The position numbers were made by a program, and so were the translations under genes. Under the pieces are notes generated by a model. It saw nothing but the letters and a program-made list of their open reading frames with translations. It was not told where the DNA came from and searched no databases. A stretch of DNA of 64,000 nt from an uncultured Nitrospinota bacterium (GTDB lineage Bacteria; Tectomicrobia; Entotheonellia; J063; CAVPRW01), in assembly GCA_963707985.1 (NCBI GenBank), contig CAVPRW010000025.1, positions 1 through 64,000 on the forward strand. Reading direction: 5' to 3'. Below are positions 1 through 11,143 of this stretch, piece by piece. How positions within the stretch are numbered: the stretch's first letter is position 1; each line of letters begins with the position of its first letter.

Positions 1-330
1 ACCTGTGGGTCCCGAAAAGCCGTCGCAGCCATCAACCGGCAGGTTGGTGCCTGTGTGATTATTCCGCTCGCCGCTCATCATGGTGATGCAACCCACCCAC
101 TTCTGGAACTTCCCTGATGAGTCCAACCTCAGGCCATTGGACCGGCCGCGGCACCGGACCATCCATGTCCAGTGCCCTGGGGGTACGCCAGTCATGGTCA
201 TATTGGAAGTACCCAGTCAAGAGCCGTCTCAGATGTCGCTCGTGCAGGGCGGTCACGTGATCCAGCCATTCGCGGCGGATACTCCCCAGCAGCCGTTCGA
301 CGTCGGGGTTCTGCCACGGACTCCGGGGGG
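1..330 (-). mobile_element. Degenerate integrase-core (IS481/IS3-like) transposase C-terminal remnant
   Basis: ORF 59..256 reads HERHLRRLLTGYFQY..RPVQ..EVGGLHHHDERRA, the typical C-terminus of rve-domain transposases; no intact N-terminus. Confidence 0.65.
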
Positions 331-356
331 CGATGAGGGCCCACGGCCGCGTCCGG

Positions 357-1807
357 CTAGCGGCCGCTCGGCCGGACCGTCCGGAGGACGTGGTCCAACG
401 CGTATTTCTCGATTTTGAGGTACAGCGTGCTCTTGGCGATGCGGAGGGCGCGCGCCACCTGGGTGAGATTGCCGTGGTACGTCAGGATCGCCGCCCGGAT
501 GGCGTCGCGCTCCAGCGCGTCGAGGCCTGCCACAGGGAAGTCGCCCGGCGCCCCAGGAGTCGGCGGCCCCGCTACGCTCGTGGCTTCGGCCGACGCCGAT
601 GGCATGGGGGGCGTCAATTCAGCGGGCGGCAGCTGGAGCTCCGGTTCACGCGAGAGAATCACAGCGCGCTCGATGAAATGTTCGAGCTCACGCACATTGC
701 CGGGCCAGTGATAGGCCGTCAGCGCGGTCATCGTTGCGGGCGGGATCGTCTCAATCCGTTTGTGCAGGTGGCACGCATATTTGTGCACAAAGTACTGCAC
801 GAGGAGGGGAATGTCTTCGCGCCGCTCACGCAACGGAGGGATCACGATCGGAAAGACGTGCAGCCGGTAATACAGATCGCTGCGAAAGTGTTTCTCGGCG
901 ACCATCTGCGCCAGGTCCGCATTCGTGGCGGCGATCAGGCGAGCATCAGTACGCACGGTCCGGCTGCTGCCCAGTCGCTCGAATTCGCGCTCTTGGAGCA
1001 CCCGCAGCAGCTTGGGCTGCAGCTCGAGGGGCAGGTCGCCGATCTCGTCGAGGAACAACGTCCCGCGATGCGCCAGCTCGAAGCGGCCCATCCGCGGCGC
1101 GATGGCGCCGGTGAAGGCACCTTTCTCGTGCCCGAAGAGCTCGCTTTCGAGCAGGCCGGCGGGCATCGCCGCACAGTTCAGCGTGACGAAAGCGTGCGGC
1201 TGGCGCGCGCTGAGGTGGTGAATCGCACGCGCAATGAGTTCCTTGCCCGTCCCCGTCTCGCCACAGAGGAGCACGGTCGCATCGGTCGACGCCACGCTCT
1301 CGACCGCCTGGAGGACGCGGCACAGCCCCCCACTGTGCCCGATAATCTCCGAGAAGCTGCTGTCGCGGTGGAGCTCGTCCGCCACATCCGGGCGCCCGTC
1401 GTCAACCGGCGGGTTTGTGCCCGGCGCCAGCTGGCGGGCTGGATGAAGCGCCTGCTCGACGGCATTGAGCAGGTCGTCGTCGCGGCACGGTTTCGTGAGG
1501 AATTCGATGGCCCCGGCCTTCATGGCGCGCACCGTCATTGGGATGTCGCCGTGACCGGTGATGAAAATAACGGGAATCTGACAATGGACCTTGGCCAATT
1601 CCTGCTGCAGATCGAGACCACTCAGGCCAGGGAGCTCCACATCGAGCACCAGGCAGCTGGAGGTCTCCGGACGCCGGCTGGTCAAGAACGCTTGCGCCGA
1701 GGCAAAGGTCCGGACGTTGAGCCCCGCCGAGCGCATGAGATCGCTCAGACTTTCGCGGATGGACCTGTCATCGTCCACGACAAAGACACACGGTTGGCCG
1801 CATGCAT
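357..1807 (-). CDS. Sigma54-dependent response regulator (REC + AAA+ + Fis-type HTH), copy 1
   Basis: REC domain, Walker [34 protein letters not shown]-terminal HTH. AGGAGG precedes ATG 1807, which is one base out of frame with ORF 357..1778; the paralog starts at the equivalent ATG. Confidence 0.93.
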
Positions 1808-1868
1808 GGCATCACCTCCTGGCCGAATCCGACCTCCTGATCAGTGTCAACACGGCAAACTCTTGGTC

Positions 1869-2240
1869 TCACGGACGCTTGAGAGCCATATCTAGTGCAT
1901 TGAGTAGATCATCCTCACGGCACGGTTTGTACAGAAAAGCCACCGCCCCGGCTTCAAGGGCGCGCGCTCGCGCCTCGTCGTCTAGGTGTGACGTGATAAA
2001 GATGATGGGGATCTGATAGTTGGCCGCCACCATCTGCCGCTGGAGCGCCAGTCCGCTCATGCCCGGCAGGCGCACATCGAGCAGCAGGCACGCCGTCTCG
2101 TGCATGTGCGGTGACCGCAAGAAGGCTTCCGCCGATCCGAACCCGTGCACTCGAAACCCGACGGATCGGAGCAGATCCTCGAACGACGTCCGCAGCGCGT
2201 CGTCATCGTCGACAATCGCAATGAGCGGAATACTAGGCAT
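1869..2240 (-). CDS. Stand-alone receiver (REC) domain protein, copy 1
   Basis: 123 aa with IVDDD, CLLLD, IIFITS and FLYKP motifs; no output domain. Confidence 0.92.
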   Translation of the reverse strand: MPSIPLIAIVDDDDALRTSFEDLLRSVGFRVHGFGSAEAFLRSPHMHETACLLLDVRLPGMSGLALQRQMVAANYQIPIIFITSHLDDEARARALEAGAVAFLYKPCREDDLLNALDMALKRP

Positions 2241-2388
2241 CGAGCGAGTCTCTCCTCTCGTGGGTTCCGCTGCCGAGAAAACGCCTGAGGCGCCGGAGCG
2301 CCATCAATCGACCGACGTGACCCCTGATCGTGCGAACATGATCGTCCACTAGAGGATAATGTAACGTCCAGGTGAGAGCCCGGCTAGT

Positions 2389-2425
2389 AGACTTTGGTAA
2401 AGGCGATGAGACTTTGGTAAAGGCG
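2389..2425. repeat. 17-bp exact direct repeat AGACTTTGGTAAAGGCG x2, period 20 bp
   Basis: Copies at 2389-2405 and 2409-2425; paired ACTTTGG cores also at 25034 and 25055 in the paralogous intergenic region. Confidence 0.85.
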
Positions 2426-2426
2426 G

Positions 2427-3051
2427 CTACGAGGGTGGGGATGGGGAGGCCGAGGCGATCCGCCATCCGGACCAGGGCCGGGAGGGAACCGGCGGCCATC
2501 TTGGCCATCACGTGCTGGCGGTGCACTTTCACCGAGGCCTCACTCGTGCCCAGCTCGGCGGCGATCTGCTTGTTGAGGCGCCCGGCCACCACGCCCGCCA
2601 TCACCTCCCGCTCGCGCGGCGTCAACGCGTCATACCGGCGGCGCAGGGCCTCGCGCTGGGCCCGCTGCGCGCGCGCCTGGCGGTCGCGGGCGAGCGCCTG
2701 CTGGACGGCGTCGAGCAACGCCTGCTCGCGGACGGGCTTGGTCAGAAACGCCACGGCCCCGGCTTGCAGCGCCTGCACGGTCATGGGGATGTCCCCGTGG
2801 CCGGTGAGGAAAATAATGGGCAGGTCCCGACCGGCCGCCGCCAGCCGCTGCTGCAGCTCGAGCCCGCTGAGGCCCGGCAGCCGCACATCGAGCACAAGAC
2901 AGCCGGGCCCCTCCGGAGGCGGGTGGTCCAGGAACGCGTGCGCCGAGGCGAAGGCCATGACCCGCAGCCCCACCGACTGCAGGAGATCCTGGAGCGAGGC
3001 GCGCAGCGGCGCATCATCCTCGACGACGCAGACCAGGGCCTCGGCGTCCAT
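2427..3051 (-). CDS. FixJ/NodW-type response regulator (REC + LuxR HTH), copy 1
   Basis: MDAEALVCVVEDD..LTPREREVM..NKQIAAELG..VKVHR; start overlaps the kinase stop (TGATG). Stop inferred from the paralog (TCG TAG at 2427, one base out of frame). Confidence 0.9.
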
Positions 3052-6000
3052 CAGGCCCCCCCCTCGCGCCCCAGCGGCAGCGTGAATTGAAAGACGGCGC
3101 CGCGAGGCACCTGCGCGGTGGCCCACAGCCGGCCGCCGTGCGCCTCGATGATCGAACGGCTGATCGCCAGCCCCATGCCCAGGCCGTGCGGCTTGGTCGT
3201 ATAGAAGGCGTCGAACAGCCGGTCGAGCCCCTGCGGATCCAGCCCCGGCCCCGAATCGCGCACGGCGATCACCACCTCGGGCGCGGCCCCGCGCTGCGAG
3301 CTGACCCCCAGCTCGCGCGGCCCCTCGGCGACCTCACTCAGGGCTTCGATGGCGTTCATCAGCAGATTGAGCAGCACTTGCTGCACCTGGATGCGGTCGC
3401 CCCAGAGCGGCGGCACGTCCCCCGCCAGCCGGGTCGCGAGCGCCACCCCGTGGCGGTGCACGTCGCTCTGGAGCAGCGCCAGGACCTCACGGATGCTGAC
3501 GTTGAGGTCGAGCCAGTCCTTCTGGGGGGGCGCTTTCTGGGCCAGGGCGCGCAGGCGGTGGATGATGTCGGCGGCGCGATGGCCGTCGGCCACGACGCGC
3601 AGGGCGGACTCCCGGGCGTGCTCCAGATGGTGCGCGGCGAGCCAGCGTATGCAGGCATTGGCGCTGTTGACCACGGCCGCCAGCGGCTGATTGAGTTCGT
3701 GCGCGATCGAGGCCGTCAGCTCGCCCAGCGTCGCCACCCGCGTCACGTGCGTCAGCTCTGCCTGGGCAAGATGCAATGCCTCCTCAGCCCGCTGGCGCTC
3801 GGTAATGTCGTTGTTGGTCACCAGGATGGCCACTGGCGCCCCCCACTCGTCCCGTTGTACCGACCACCGGCTCGCCACCACCACCTGGGTGCCGTCCTGC
3901 TTGGTGTGCACCAACTCGCCTTCCCAGCGACCGGCACTGAGCACTGCCGCCTCAATCTGCTCGAGCGGCAGCGGGAAGACCGTCTTCAGCAGGACGTGCG
4001 GCACCTTGCCGACCGCTTGCGCTGTCGTCCACCCGTAGAGGGCCTCGGCGCCACGATTCCAGTATGTGACGACGCCGTCCAGGGCGCGAACGAAAATGGC
4101 GTCGTGTGTCAGGCTCAGGAGATTGGCCTGCTCCCGCAGCGCTGCTGCATCGCGCTGGCGCTCGGCATAGAGATGGGCATTCTCGAGGGAGATCGCCGCC
4201 TGCGAGGCGAGCAGCTTCAGCACCGCGATCCGGGCCGGCGTGAAGACGTGCGGGGCCAGGTTGTTTTCGAGGTAGAGCACGCCGATGAGCTTGGCCTGAT
4301 TGAGCAGCGGCAGGCAGAGAATGGAACGGGCCTGGCGCTGACGAATGTACGGATCCGCCGAAAACGGGTTCTGCGCCGCGGCATCGTCGAGAATGCACGC
4401 TCTCCTGGGTGCGCAGGACGTAGTGGAGGACCGACTCCGGCAGCATGGCCGCGGTCACGGGCTCGTCGCGCAGCTGCACGGTGACCGTATCGCCGCTGGT
4501 CGTGGCTTCCGCCGCGATCCGCGGTTCGTCCCCTCGCGGACAGAATCAACAGGCCGCGCTCGGCACCGGCCTGCTCGATCGCGGTGCGCATCAGCGTGTC
4601 GATCAGCTTCTCCAGCACGATCTCGCCCGAGACGGCCTGCGACACCTTGATCACGGTCGCGAGGTCGAGGTGTTCGACCGGCGCCCCGATCGTGCTCGTC
4701 GGGCCCGGCGTAGCGCCTCGCGTCCTGAGCTGCGGATAGAGCTGCATCGAGTTGCCGCACCTTGCCGTCGGCGCCCCAGCGGAGGTAGCAGTGCCGGGCG
4801 TCGCGCAGATAGGTCTCGGCGAATCTGCTCGAAGCCGCGCGCCGCGTAGAAGCGCGGCGGCGCAGCTCGTAGGCGAGCGCCTCGTTGTGGACGAAGCCGT
4901 TGTCGCGGGCCGAGCGGATGGCCTGCTCGTAGAGGCGCTCGGCGTCGAGCTCGCGGCCTTCGATGCGCGCGATCTCGGCGCCGACCAGCGCGGCGCGGTC
5001 CGCGAAGTTCTCCGGGCAGTTCTCGGCCCACACCTGGAGCTGGCGGTGGTGGGCGGCCAAGGCCTCGAGGTGCTGGGCTCGCTCCGGCGGCGGGGCCGCA
5101 TCGCAGAGCGCGGCCTGCGCCAGCGCGGCGTAGAAATGGTACTCCGCCCGCTCGAAGAGGGCCGGCGACGTCCAGAGGAGGCGTTCTGCCTTCGCCGCCG
5201 CCGCGATGGCGGCGGCGTAGTCGCCGGCGAGGACGCGCGCCTGCAGCTTGCGGATCCAGTACCAGCAGGCGGCAGTCGCCAGGCGCGGATCCGCCTCCAG
5301 ATGCCGCTCGAACCGCTCCTCGTCGAACTCGGCGTCGTCGAAGCAGCCGAACTCCGGCGTCAGACCGCGCAGCGTCCGGATCAGCTGGAGCTGCGCGGTG
5401 ATGATGTCGACGACGAGACCGAACCGCGCCTGGCGCGCGAAGTCGAGCCCGGCCTCGGCCTCTCGCTGCACCTCGGCGAGCGGATCGCCGCTGGCGAGAA
5501 GGTGCGTGACGAGGTTGTTGCAGCTGTAGGCCGCATAGGTGAGGTCGCCGGCCTGCTGCGCCGCGTCGAAGGCGCGCCGCACCAGCGGACGGCCCGTCCG
5601 GACATGCCGCGTCCAGGGATTCACGATGGTTCCCGAAGACCAGGTAGACGCGGGCCTTGAAGCGGTCCAGCCCACGCTTCTCCACCAGATCGAGGCCGAG
5701 CTGGCCGAAGCGGATACCCCGCCTCGTAGTCGCCGAAGTACGGCCCCAGCACCGTGCCGAGCCAGGCGTAGGCGAGGCACGATGCGTCGCTGTTGCCGTG
5801 CTCCAGGCTGAGATTCACCATGCGGCCGATGACGAGGCGAGCGCAGGTTCTCGTCGGTGAACAAGGCCGGCGACACGAGCGCCGTGAGGACGTCCATCGT
5901 CGCGCACGCGACCGGATCGGTCATCCGCGGCAGGTCGAGCAGCGCCTCGATCGGGCGGTCCCCGAGCTGCCGCCAGATCCGCTCGTATTCCTGCCGGACC

Positions 6001-8580
6001 TCCTCTCGCGTCGGATGCGCCGACCACTCGATGCCGACCCGCCGCAGGTAGTCGAGGCCGACCTCGACGGCGCGGTCGCTCCGGCCGAGGGTCATGAAGA
6101 GATCCACCCGCAAGCCGGGTGACGGCGGCCAGGTCGGGGAGGTTCGCGGCGCGGCGTGCGAGCTCGGCGAGGCGCTCCTCCGCCGCCGCCAGCGCGCCGG
6201 TCAGGAACTCGCATTCGGCCCGGTGCAGCTCGAGCGCGAAGGTGAGCTCGTGCCGGCGCTCCCACGCATCGTCCGGCAGCAGCGCCGCACCGGCGGCGAG
6301 ATAGGTCAGCGCCGAGGCGTAGGCCGTCGACGCCTTGGCGCGCCTGCCCGCGATCAGGTTGAGCTCGGCGAGCTGCTCGCGCTCCTCGCGCGACGTGATC
6401 AGGGCGGCGCCGCGGTTGAGCTGATTGACGATCTCGAAGATCGCCTCCTCCCGCTTCTCGGGCGGCGTGTGCGCCGCGAGCAGTCTGCCGATCCGCAGGT
6501 GCGCCTCGGCGCGCGCTCGCTTCGGGGATCAGCGAGTAGGCGGCTTCCTGAACGCGATCGTGGACGAACCGGTAGGTGCCCGCCAGGCGCTCGACCAATT
6601 CCTGACGCGACGGCCGGCCACAGAGCCGCGTGGACCTGCTCCTCCGAGGTCCCGAGCACGATCGAGAGCGTCGTCGATCTCGGCGATGTTGCCGAGACAG
6701 GCGAGCTGCTGCAGCGCCTTCTGCGTTTCGGCCGGCAGGCGGGTGAGCTTCCCGACCATGAGGTCCACGACGTTGTCGGTGTACCCCTTGGCGTGAATGC
6801 GATCGAGATCCCAGCACCAGCGCGCCGCGTCATGATCGAAGGTGAGCAACCCTTCTTCGGCGAGCGCAGTAAAGGAACTGAATCAGCGAAGAACGGATTG
6901 CCGCCGGTCTTCTCGTGCACCAGCTGCGCGAGCGGTGCGGCGCGCTCCGGCTCGCAGCGCAGCGCATCCGCAATCAACTGCCCGAGATGCTCTCGGGCGA
7001 GCGGCGCAAGCGCGATCTCCGCGACCTTCGCGCCGGCGCTCTTGATCGCGTCGAGCTTGCGCATCAGCGGATGGGCGGCAGTCGACCTCGTTGTCGCGAT
7101 AGGCACCGATCAGCAGCAGGTGCTGCACATCCGACCGGGTCAACAGATCCTCGAGCAGATCGAGCGTCGCCGCGTCGAGCCATTGCAGATCGTCGAGGAA
7201 GAGCGCCAGCGGATGCTCCGGCCGGGCGAACACGCCGATGAACCGCCGGAACACCAGCTGGAAGCGGCGTTGCGCGTCCTGCGGCGGCAGCTCGGGACCG
7301 GCGGCTGCTCACCGATGATGAGCTCCAGTTCGGGGACGAGGTCGACCATGAGCCGTCCGTTCGGGCCCAGCGCCTCCAGCAGGGCGTCGCGCCAGCGCGC
7401 CAGCTCGGCGTCGCTCTTGCCGAGCAGAGGTCGGACGAGGCTCTGAAACGCCTGCGCGAGCGTCGCATACGGGATGTCGCGCTTGTACTGGTCGAACTTG
7501 CCCGACGCGAACAGCCCGCGCGGCGGCACCAGCGCCTTGTGCAGCTCATTGACCACCGACGACTTGCCGATGCCGGAATAGCCGGAGACCAGCACCAGCT
7601 CCGGCGCGCCGCTCGTCGACGACGCGATCGAAGGCGGCGAGCAAGCGTCTCGATCTCGCGCTCTCGCCCGTAGAGTTTCTCGGGGATCAGCAGCCGGTCG
7701 GGCGTGTCGTGTGCGCCCAGCGGGAAGGCGTCGATGCGGCCGCGAGCTTCCCATTCGGCCAGGCAGCGCCGCAGATCGCGCTCCACGCCGGCCGCGGTCT
7801 GGTAGCGCTCCTCGGCCGTCTTGGCGAGCAGCTTCATGATGATCGCCGAGACTGCGCCGGGAACGTCCGTCACGCCGCTCGGCGGGCGGCACCGGCTGTC
7901 GGGCGATGTGGCAGTGCACCCACTCCATCGGATCGGAGGCCGTGAAGGGCAGCGTGCCGGTCAGCATCTCGTAGAGCGTGACGCCGAGCGCATAGAGGTC
8001 GCTGCGGGAATCGATCGAGCGGTTCATGCGCCCGGTCTGCTCGGGCGCCATGTAGGCGAGCGTGCCGGCGATGATCTCGGGCGGCTCGGGCGACTGCCGC
8101 TCGCGCGGCAGGCGCGAGGCGATGCCGAAGCCGGTGAGCCAGACCTCTCCGGTCGCGTGCGTTGACCAGGATATTGGCCGGCTTGATGTCCTTGTGGATG
8201 AGACCGCGCTGGTGGACCTGGCCCAGCGGCGGCGGCGATGCGCGATCGCGAGGCGCAGGAAGCTGCCCACCTCCATGGGCGCGCCGAGCAGGCCGCTCGA
8301 GCGGCTCGCCGCCCGGGTCCTCGAGCACCAGCACGGGCCGCCCCTGGTGCTGCACCAGCGCAACCGGCCGCACGGCCCAGCGGGGCTCGAGCGCGGTCCG
8401 CAGCGCATATTCGTGCTCGAGCCGCCGCAGGCTTGCCGGCGAGGCATGCTCGCCAACAGGTGCCACGACGAGAACCCTGGTGAGACCACCGTCCGTCGGG
8501 CTCGCGCGCACGCCCCGATAGAGGATGCACGCACCATCCTGGTGGAGCGCCTCGAGCGTGTAGTCCGCAAGATCGATCAC
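3051..8580 (-). CDS. Multidomain Ser/Thr-kinase-like + AAA ATPase + GAF + PAS + histidine kinase, copy 1 (many frameshifts)
   Basis: Pieces in successive frames: [42 protein letters not shown] (LYLENNL), PAS, H-box AHELNQPL, G-box GLGMGLAI. GTG 8580 follows AAGGAGG. Confidence 0.9.
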
Positions 8581-8776
8581 GGCGGCCTCCTTTGCCACAC
8601 GCCGGCATACAGTGCGGGCGCGGATGCTCCCGCTAGGTGCACACTGTTCGGCAATGCTATAATCGATCTCGTAATTGGCAAAAGTCGGCCTCTTCCGGGA
8701 GATGACAATACTCGCAGCGTCCTTGGGCACGTGCACGTATGGGGGGGACGCCAGGCATGGGTATCGGCCCGGGACA

Positions 8777-8986
8777 TTACGAGGTGGCCTTGAGCTCTTT
8801 CACGGCCCGGATCTTGAGCTTCCGCACAAAGCGGTTAATCCGCTCATACTCGTCTAACTTCGCCGCCTCTGCTGAGGTGAGCTGCGCTGCACGATTCTTT
8901 TCCAAAAGGACACTGATGCGTTCTTGCATCTGCGGCGTCGGTCTGAAGCTCAGCACCGCGGCCATGCCATCTCTCCTCATGGACAA
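8777..8986 (-). CDS. Small hypothetical protein, antitoxin-like
   Basis: FRPTPQMQERISVLLEKNR..LTSAE..LDEYE resembles small genes usually found before HNH nucleases; the downstream partner (MSR.. at 8777) looks truncated. Confidence 0.45.
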   Translation of the reverse strand: MSMRRDGMAAVLSFRPTPQMQERISVLLEKNRAAQLTSAEAAKLDEYERINRFVRKLKIRAVKELKATS

Positions 8987-9179
8987 CTCTTATATGACAG
9001 CCATTGCTAGGGCCGGATACTCCACGCCGCATACAAAAGTGGTGGCGTCCACATGGATCATACCACACGAAGACAAATCTTAGGAAGCCAAAAGGCTAGT
9101 AAGTCCCGGTCAGCAGCGTAGCTCAACGAGCTCTGGCACGCTGCCCGACCCGGTGCCGCGCGCCTCAACCCGCTCGTGG

Positions 9180-9445
9180 CACTGGTTCCCGGCCGAGATC
9201 ATCAGCCATGGCGTCTGACGGTACTATCGCTTCAGTCTGAGCGACCGGGACGTCGAAGGGCTCCTGTTCGCTCGCGGGGTCATTGTGACGTATGAGGCGA
9301 TCCGTCAATGATGCCTGAAGTTCGGGCAAGCCTATGCCAATCAACTCCGGCACCGTCACCCTCAACGAGGGGATAAGGGGCATCTGGATGAGGGGTTTCT
9401 CAAGATTCGCGGGTGCAGGGCTTCAAATCCCCGGGGTTTTATGGC
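9180..9445 (+). mobile_element. IS6-family transposase pseudogene
   Basis: FPAEIISHGV*RYYRFSLSDRDVEGLL..VTYEAIRQ*CLKFG..GDKGHLDE then QGFKSPG; two in-frame stops and an internal deletion. Confidence 0.85.
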
Positions 9446-9509
9446 TCAAACCGACGACGATGATGTGCATCGCTGAACAGAGACCTCACAATTCCCCCGG
9501 CGCGGGCGA

Positions 9510-10880
9510 TTAACTTGACGCTCCCGCAGCGCGTCCGCTTTCTTCAGAAGCCATCGCTTTAGTGAAATCGAAATCCGTCGCCGCGGGGCCGGTAATCAGT
9601 CGCGCCCCGCGATTGAACGTCAGGTCCTGGAGCGCCCATTGGACGAACACCAGAAGGCGACTCTGGAATTGGACAAGGTACATCAGATGGATGAACGCCC
9701 AGATGAGCCAGGCCGGCAACCCCGACACATGGACGCCAAAGAGGTTCGCCACCGCCGCCCATCGGCCGATGACGGCCATATCGCCTTTGTCGAAATACTT
9801 GAAAGGCGTTATTGCCGTTTCGCCTTGGAGTTTCTGCACGATCGCCTGCGCAGCGTAGGTGCCTTGTTGCATGGCCACCTGGGCCACGCCCGGCAACGGC
9901 TTGCCGTTGAGACCCAAGGCCAGGGCCAGGTCGCCGACCACGTAGATGTCTGGATACTGGGGAAGCGTGAGGTCGGGATTGACCTTGATCCGTCCGCCCC
10001 TGTCCGTCTCGGCGTTGGTGCGGTTCGCCAAAGTTCTCCCCAGCGCGGACGCCGTCACGCCCCCAGCCCAAATGACGGTCCTGGCATTCAGGCGATCGGT
10101 GCCGCTAGGCGTCTCGATCGTCACCCCGTCTTGATCGATGTCCTTGACCATGACCCCGGTCTTCACCTGCACGCCGAGCTTCGCCAGCGAGCGGGCCGCC
10201 TTCTGGGCCAAATCCTCCGGGAATGGCATCAGTACCCGAGGTGCCCCGTCGAGCAGAATGATTTCGGCTTCTTCGGGGTGTATCGAGCGAAAATCGTGCT
10301 TGAGCGTCTGCCGCGCGATCTCGCCGATCGCTCCGGCGAGCTCGACCCCGGTGGCGCCGGCGCCCACGATGACGAACGTGAGCCAGGCCCGCCGCTGTAC
10401 CGGATCCCCCATCCGCTCGGCCACTTCGAAGGCGTACAGAATTTTATGCCGGATGTTGGTCGCCTCTTCTACGCTCTTCGGGCTGGGCGCCCACTCTCGC
10501 CAGGCGTCGTGCCCGTAGTAAGACGTCTGCGAACCGGCGGCGACGATCAGCGAGTCGTATTCAAAGCTGGCGCCGTCGGCGAGCTGTACACGCTTGGCCA
10601 CCGGGTCGAGATCGACGACCTCACCCAGCAGGACGCGCGTATTTTTCTGGCGGCTCAACACGCTGCGCAGCGGGGCGGCAATTTCGCCCGGCGACAGCGA
10701 GCCGGTCGCGACTTGGTACAGCAGCGGTTGGAAGAGGTGATAGTTGCGTCGATCAATCAGCGTCACCTCCACGGGCGCGGATTTCAGGGCCTGTGCGGCC
10801 CGCAGGCCGCCAAACCCACCGCCCACGATGATGACGCGCCAGCGCTGGCTCCCGGCATTCACACCCTTGAGGCTCGGCAT
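9510..10880 (-). CDS. ndh: Type II NADH dehydrogenase (FAD-dependent oxidoreductase)
   Basis: IVGGGFGGL, HLFQPLLYQVATG, VGAGATGVELAG, AQVAMQQG; AAGGAG upstream of ATG 10880. Confidence 0.9.
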   Translation of the reverse strand: MPSLKGVNAGSQRWRVIIVGGGFGGLRAAQALKSAPVEVTLIDRRNYHLFQPLLYQVATGSLSPGEIAAPLRSVLSRQKNTRVLLGEVVDLDPVAKRVQLADGASFEYDSLIVAAGSQTSYYGHDAWREWAPSPKSVEEATNIRHKILYAFEVAERMGDPVQRRAWLTFVIVGAGATGVELAGAIGEIARQTLKHDFRSIHPEEAEIILLDGAPRVLMPFPEDLAQKAARSLAKLGVQVKTGVMVKDIDQDGVTIETPSGTDRLNARTVIWAGGVTASALGRTLANRTNAETDRGGRIKVNPDLTLPQYPDIYVVGDLALALGLNGKPLPGVAQVAMQQGTYAAQAIVQKLQGETAITPFKYFDKGDMAVIGRWAAVANLFGVHVSGLPAWLIWAFIHLMYLVQFQSRLLVFVQWALQDLTFNRGARLITGPAATDFDFTKAMASEESGRAAGASS

Positions 10881-10969
10881 CGTCCACTCCTTTTCCTCAC
10901 GTCCAGCATCCCCTGAAGCGTCGTCGACATGCAACTGATGCGGCCTCCTCTCGCGCTGGCCATCCGCTT

Positions 10970-11095
10970 CGGTCCTGGCATGCTCGTGGAAAGGCCGCAT
11001 AGGTGTCGATGGCCTCCGCGCCGAGAAAGATCTGAGATTGACGAGCATGTGCGCGACGACGAAGCCGACGAGCACGACGCCTGTGACCGCTATGG
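10970..11095 (-). pseudogene. Succinate dehydrogenase cytochrome b subunit fragment
   Basis: AVTGVVLVGFVVAHMLVNL then, after a frameshift, IFLGAEAIDTYAAF; matches the first helix of SdhC-type cytochrome b. Confidence 0.6.
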
Positions 11096-11143
11096 TGTCA
11101 GGGGCCACCACGGCAAGCTGTAATCCAAGTGCCGCACGTCGGC

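Noticed and set aside
333..1895. Long plus-strand ORFs opposite the regulators and kinases (also 3087..4484, 6094..7446, 9639..10916, 20470..21360)
   Set aside because: Antisense shadows of GC-rich genes; no recognisable motifs or RBS
2389..2425. CRISPR-like repeat
   Set aside because: Only two 17-bp units with a 3-bp spacer and no cas genes; no CRISPR array seen anywhere in the window
2233..2430. Long C-terminal extension on the FixJ-type regulator
   Set aside because: The paralog stops at the equivalent TCG TAG; a single indel explains the read-through
3051..8580. Programmed frameshifting or phase variation in the kinases
   Set aside because: Many indels without evident slippery sequences or repeat tracts, and similar indels occur in housekeeping genes
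9132..9150. Additional sigma54 promoter (CTGGCACG)
   Set aside because: No GC at the -12 position
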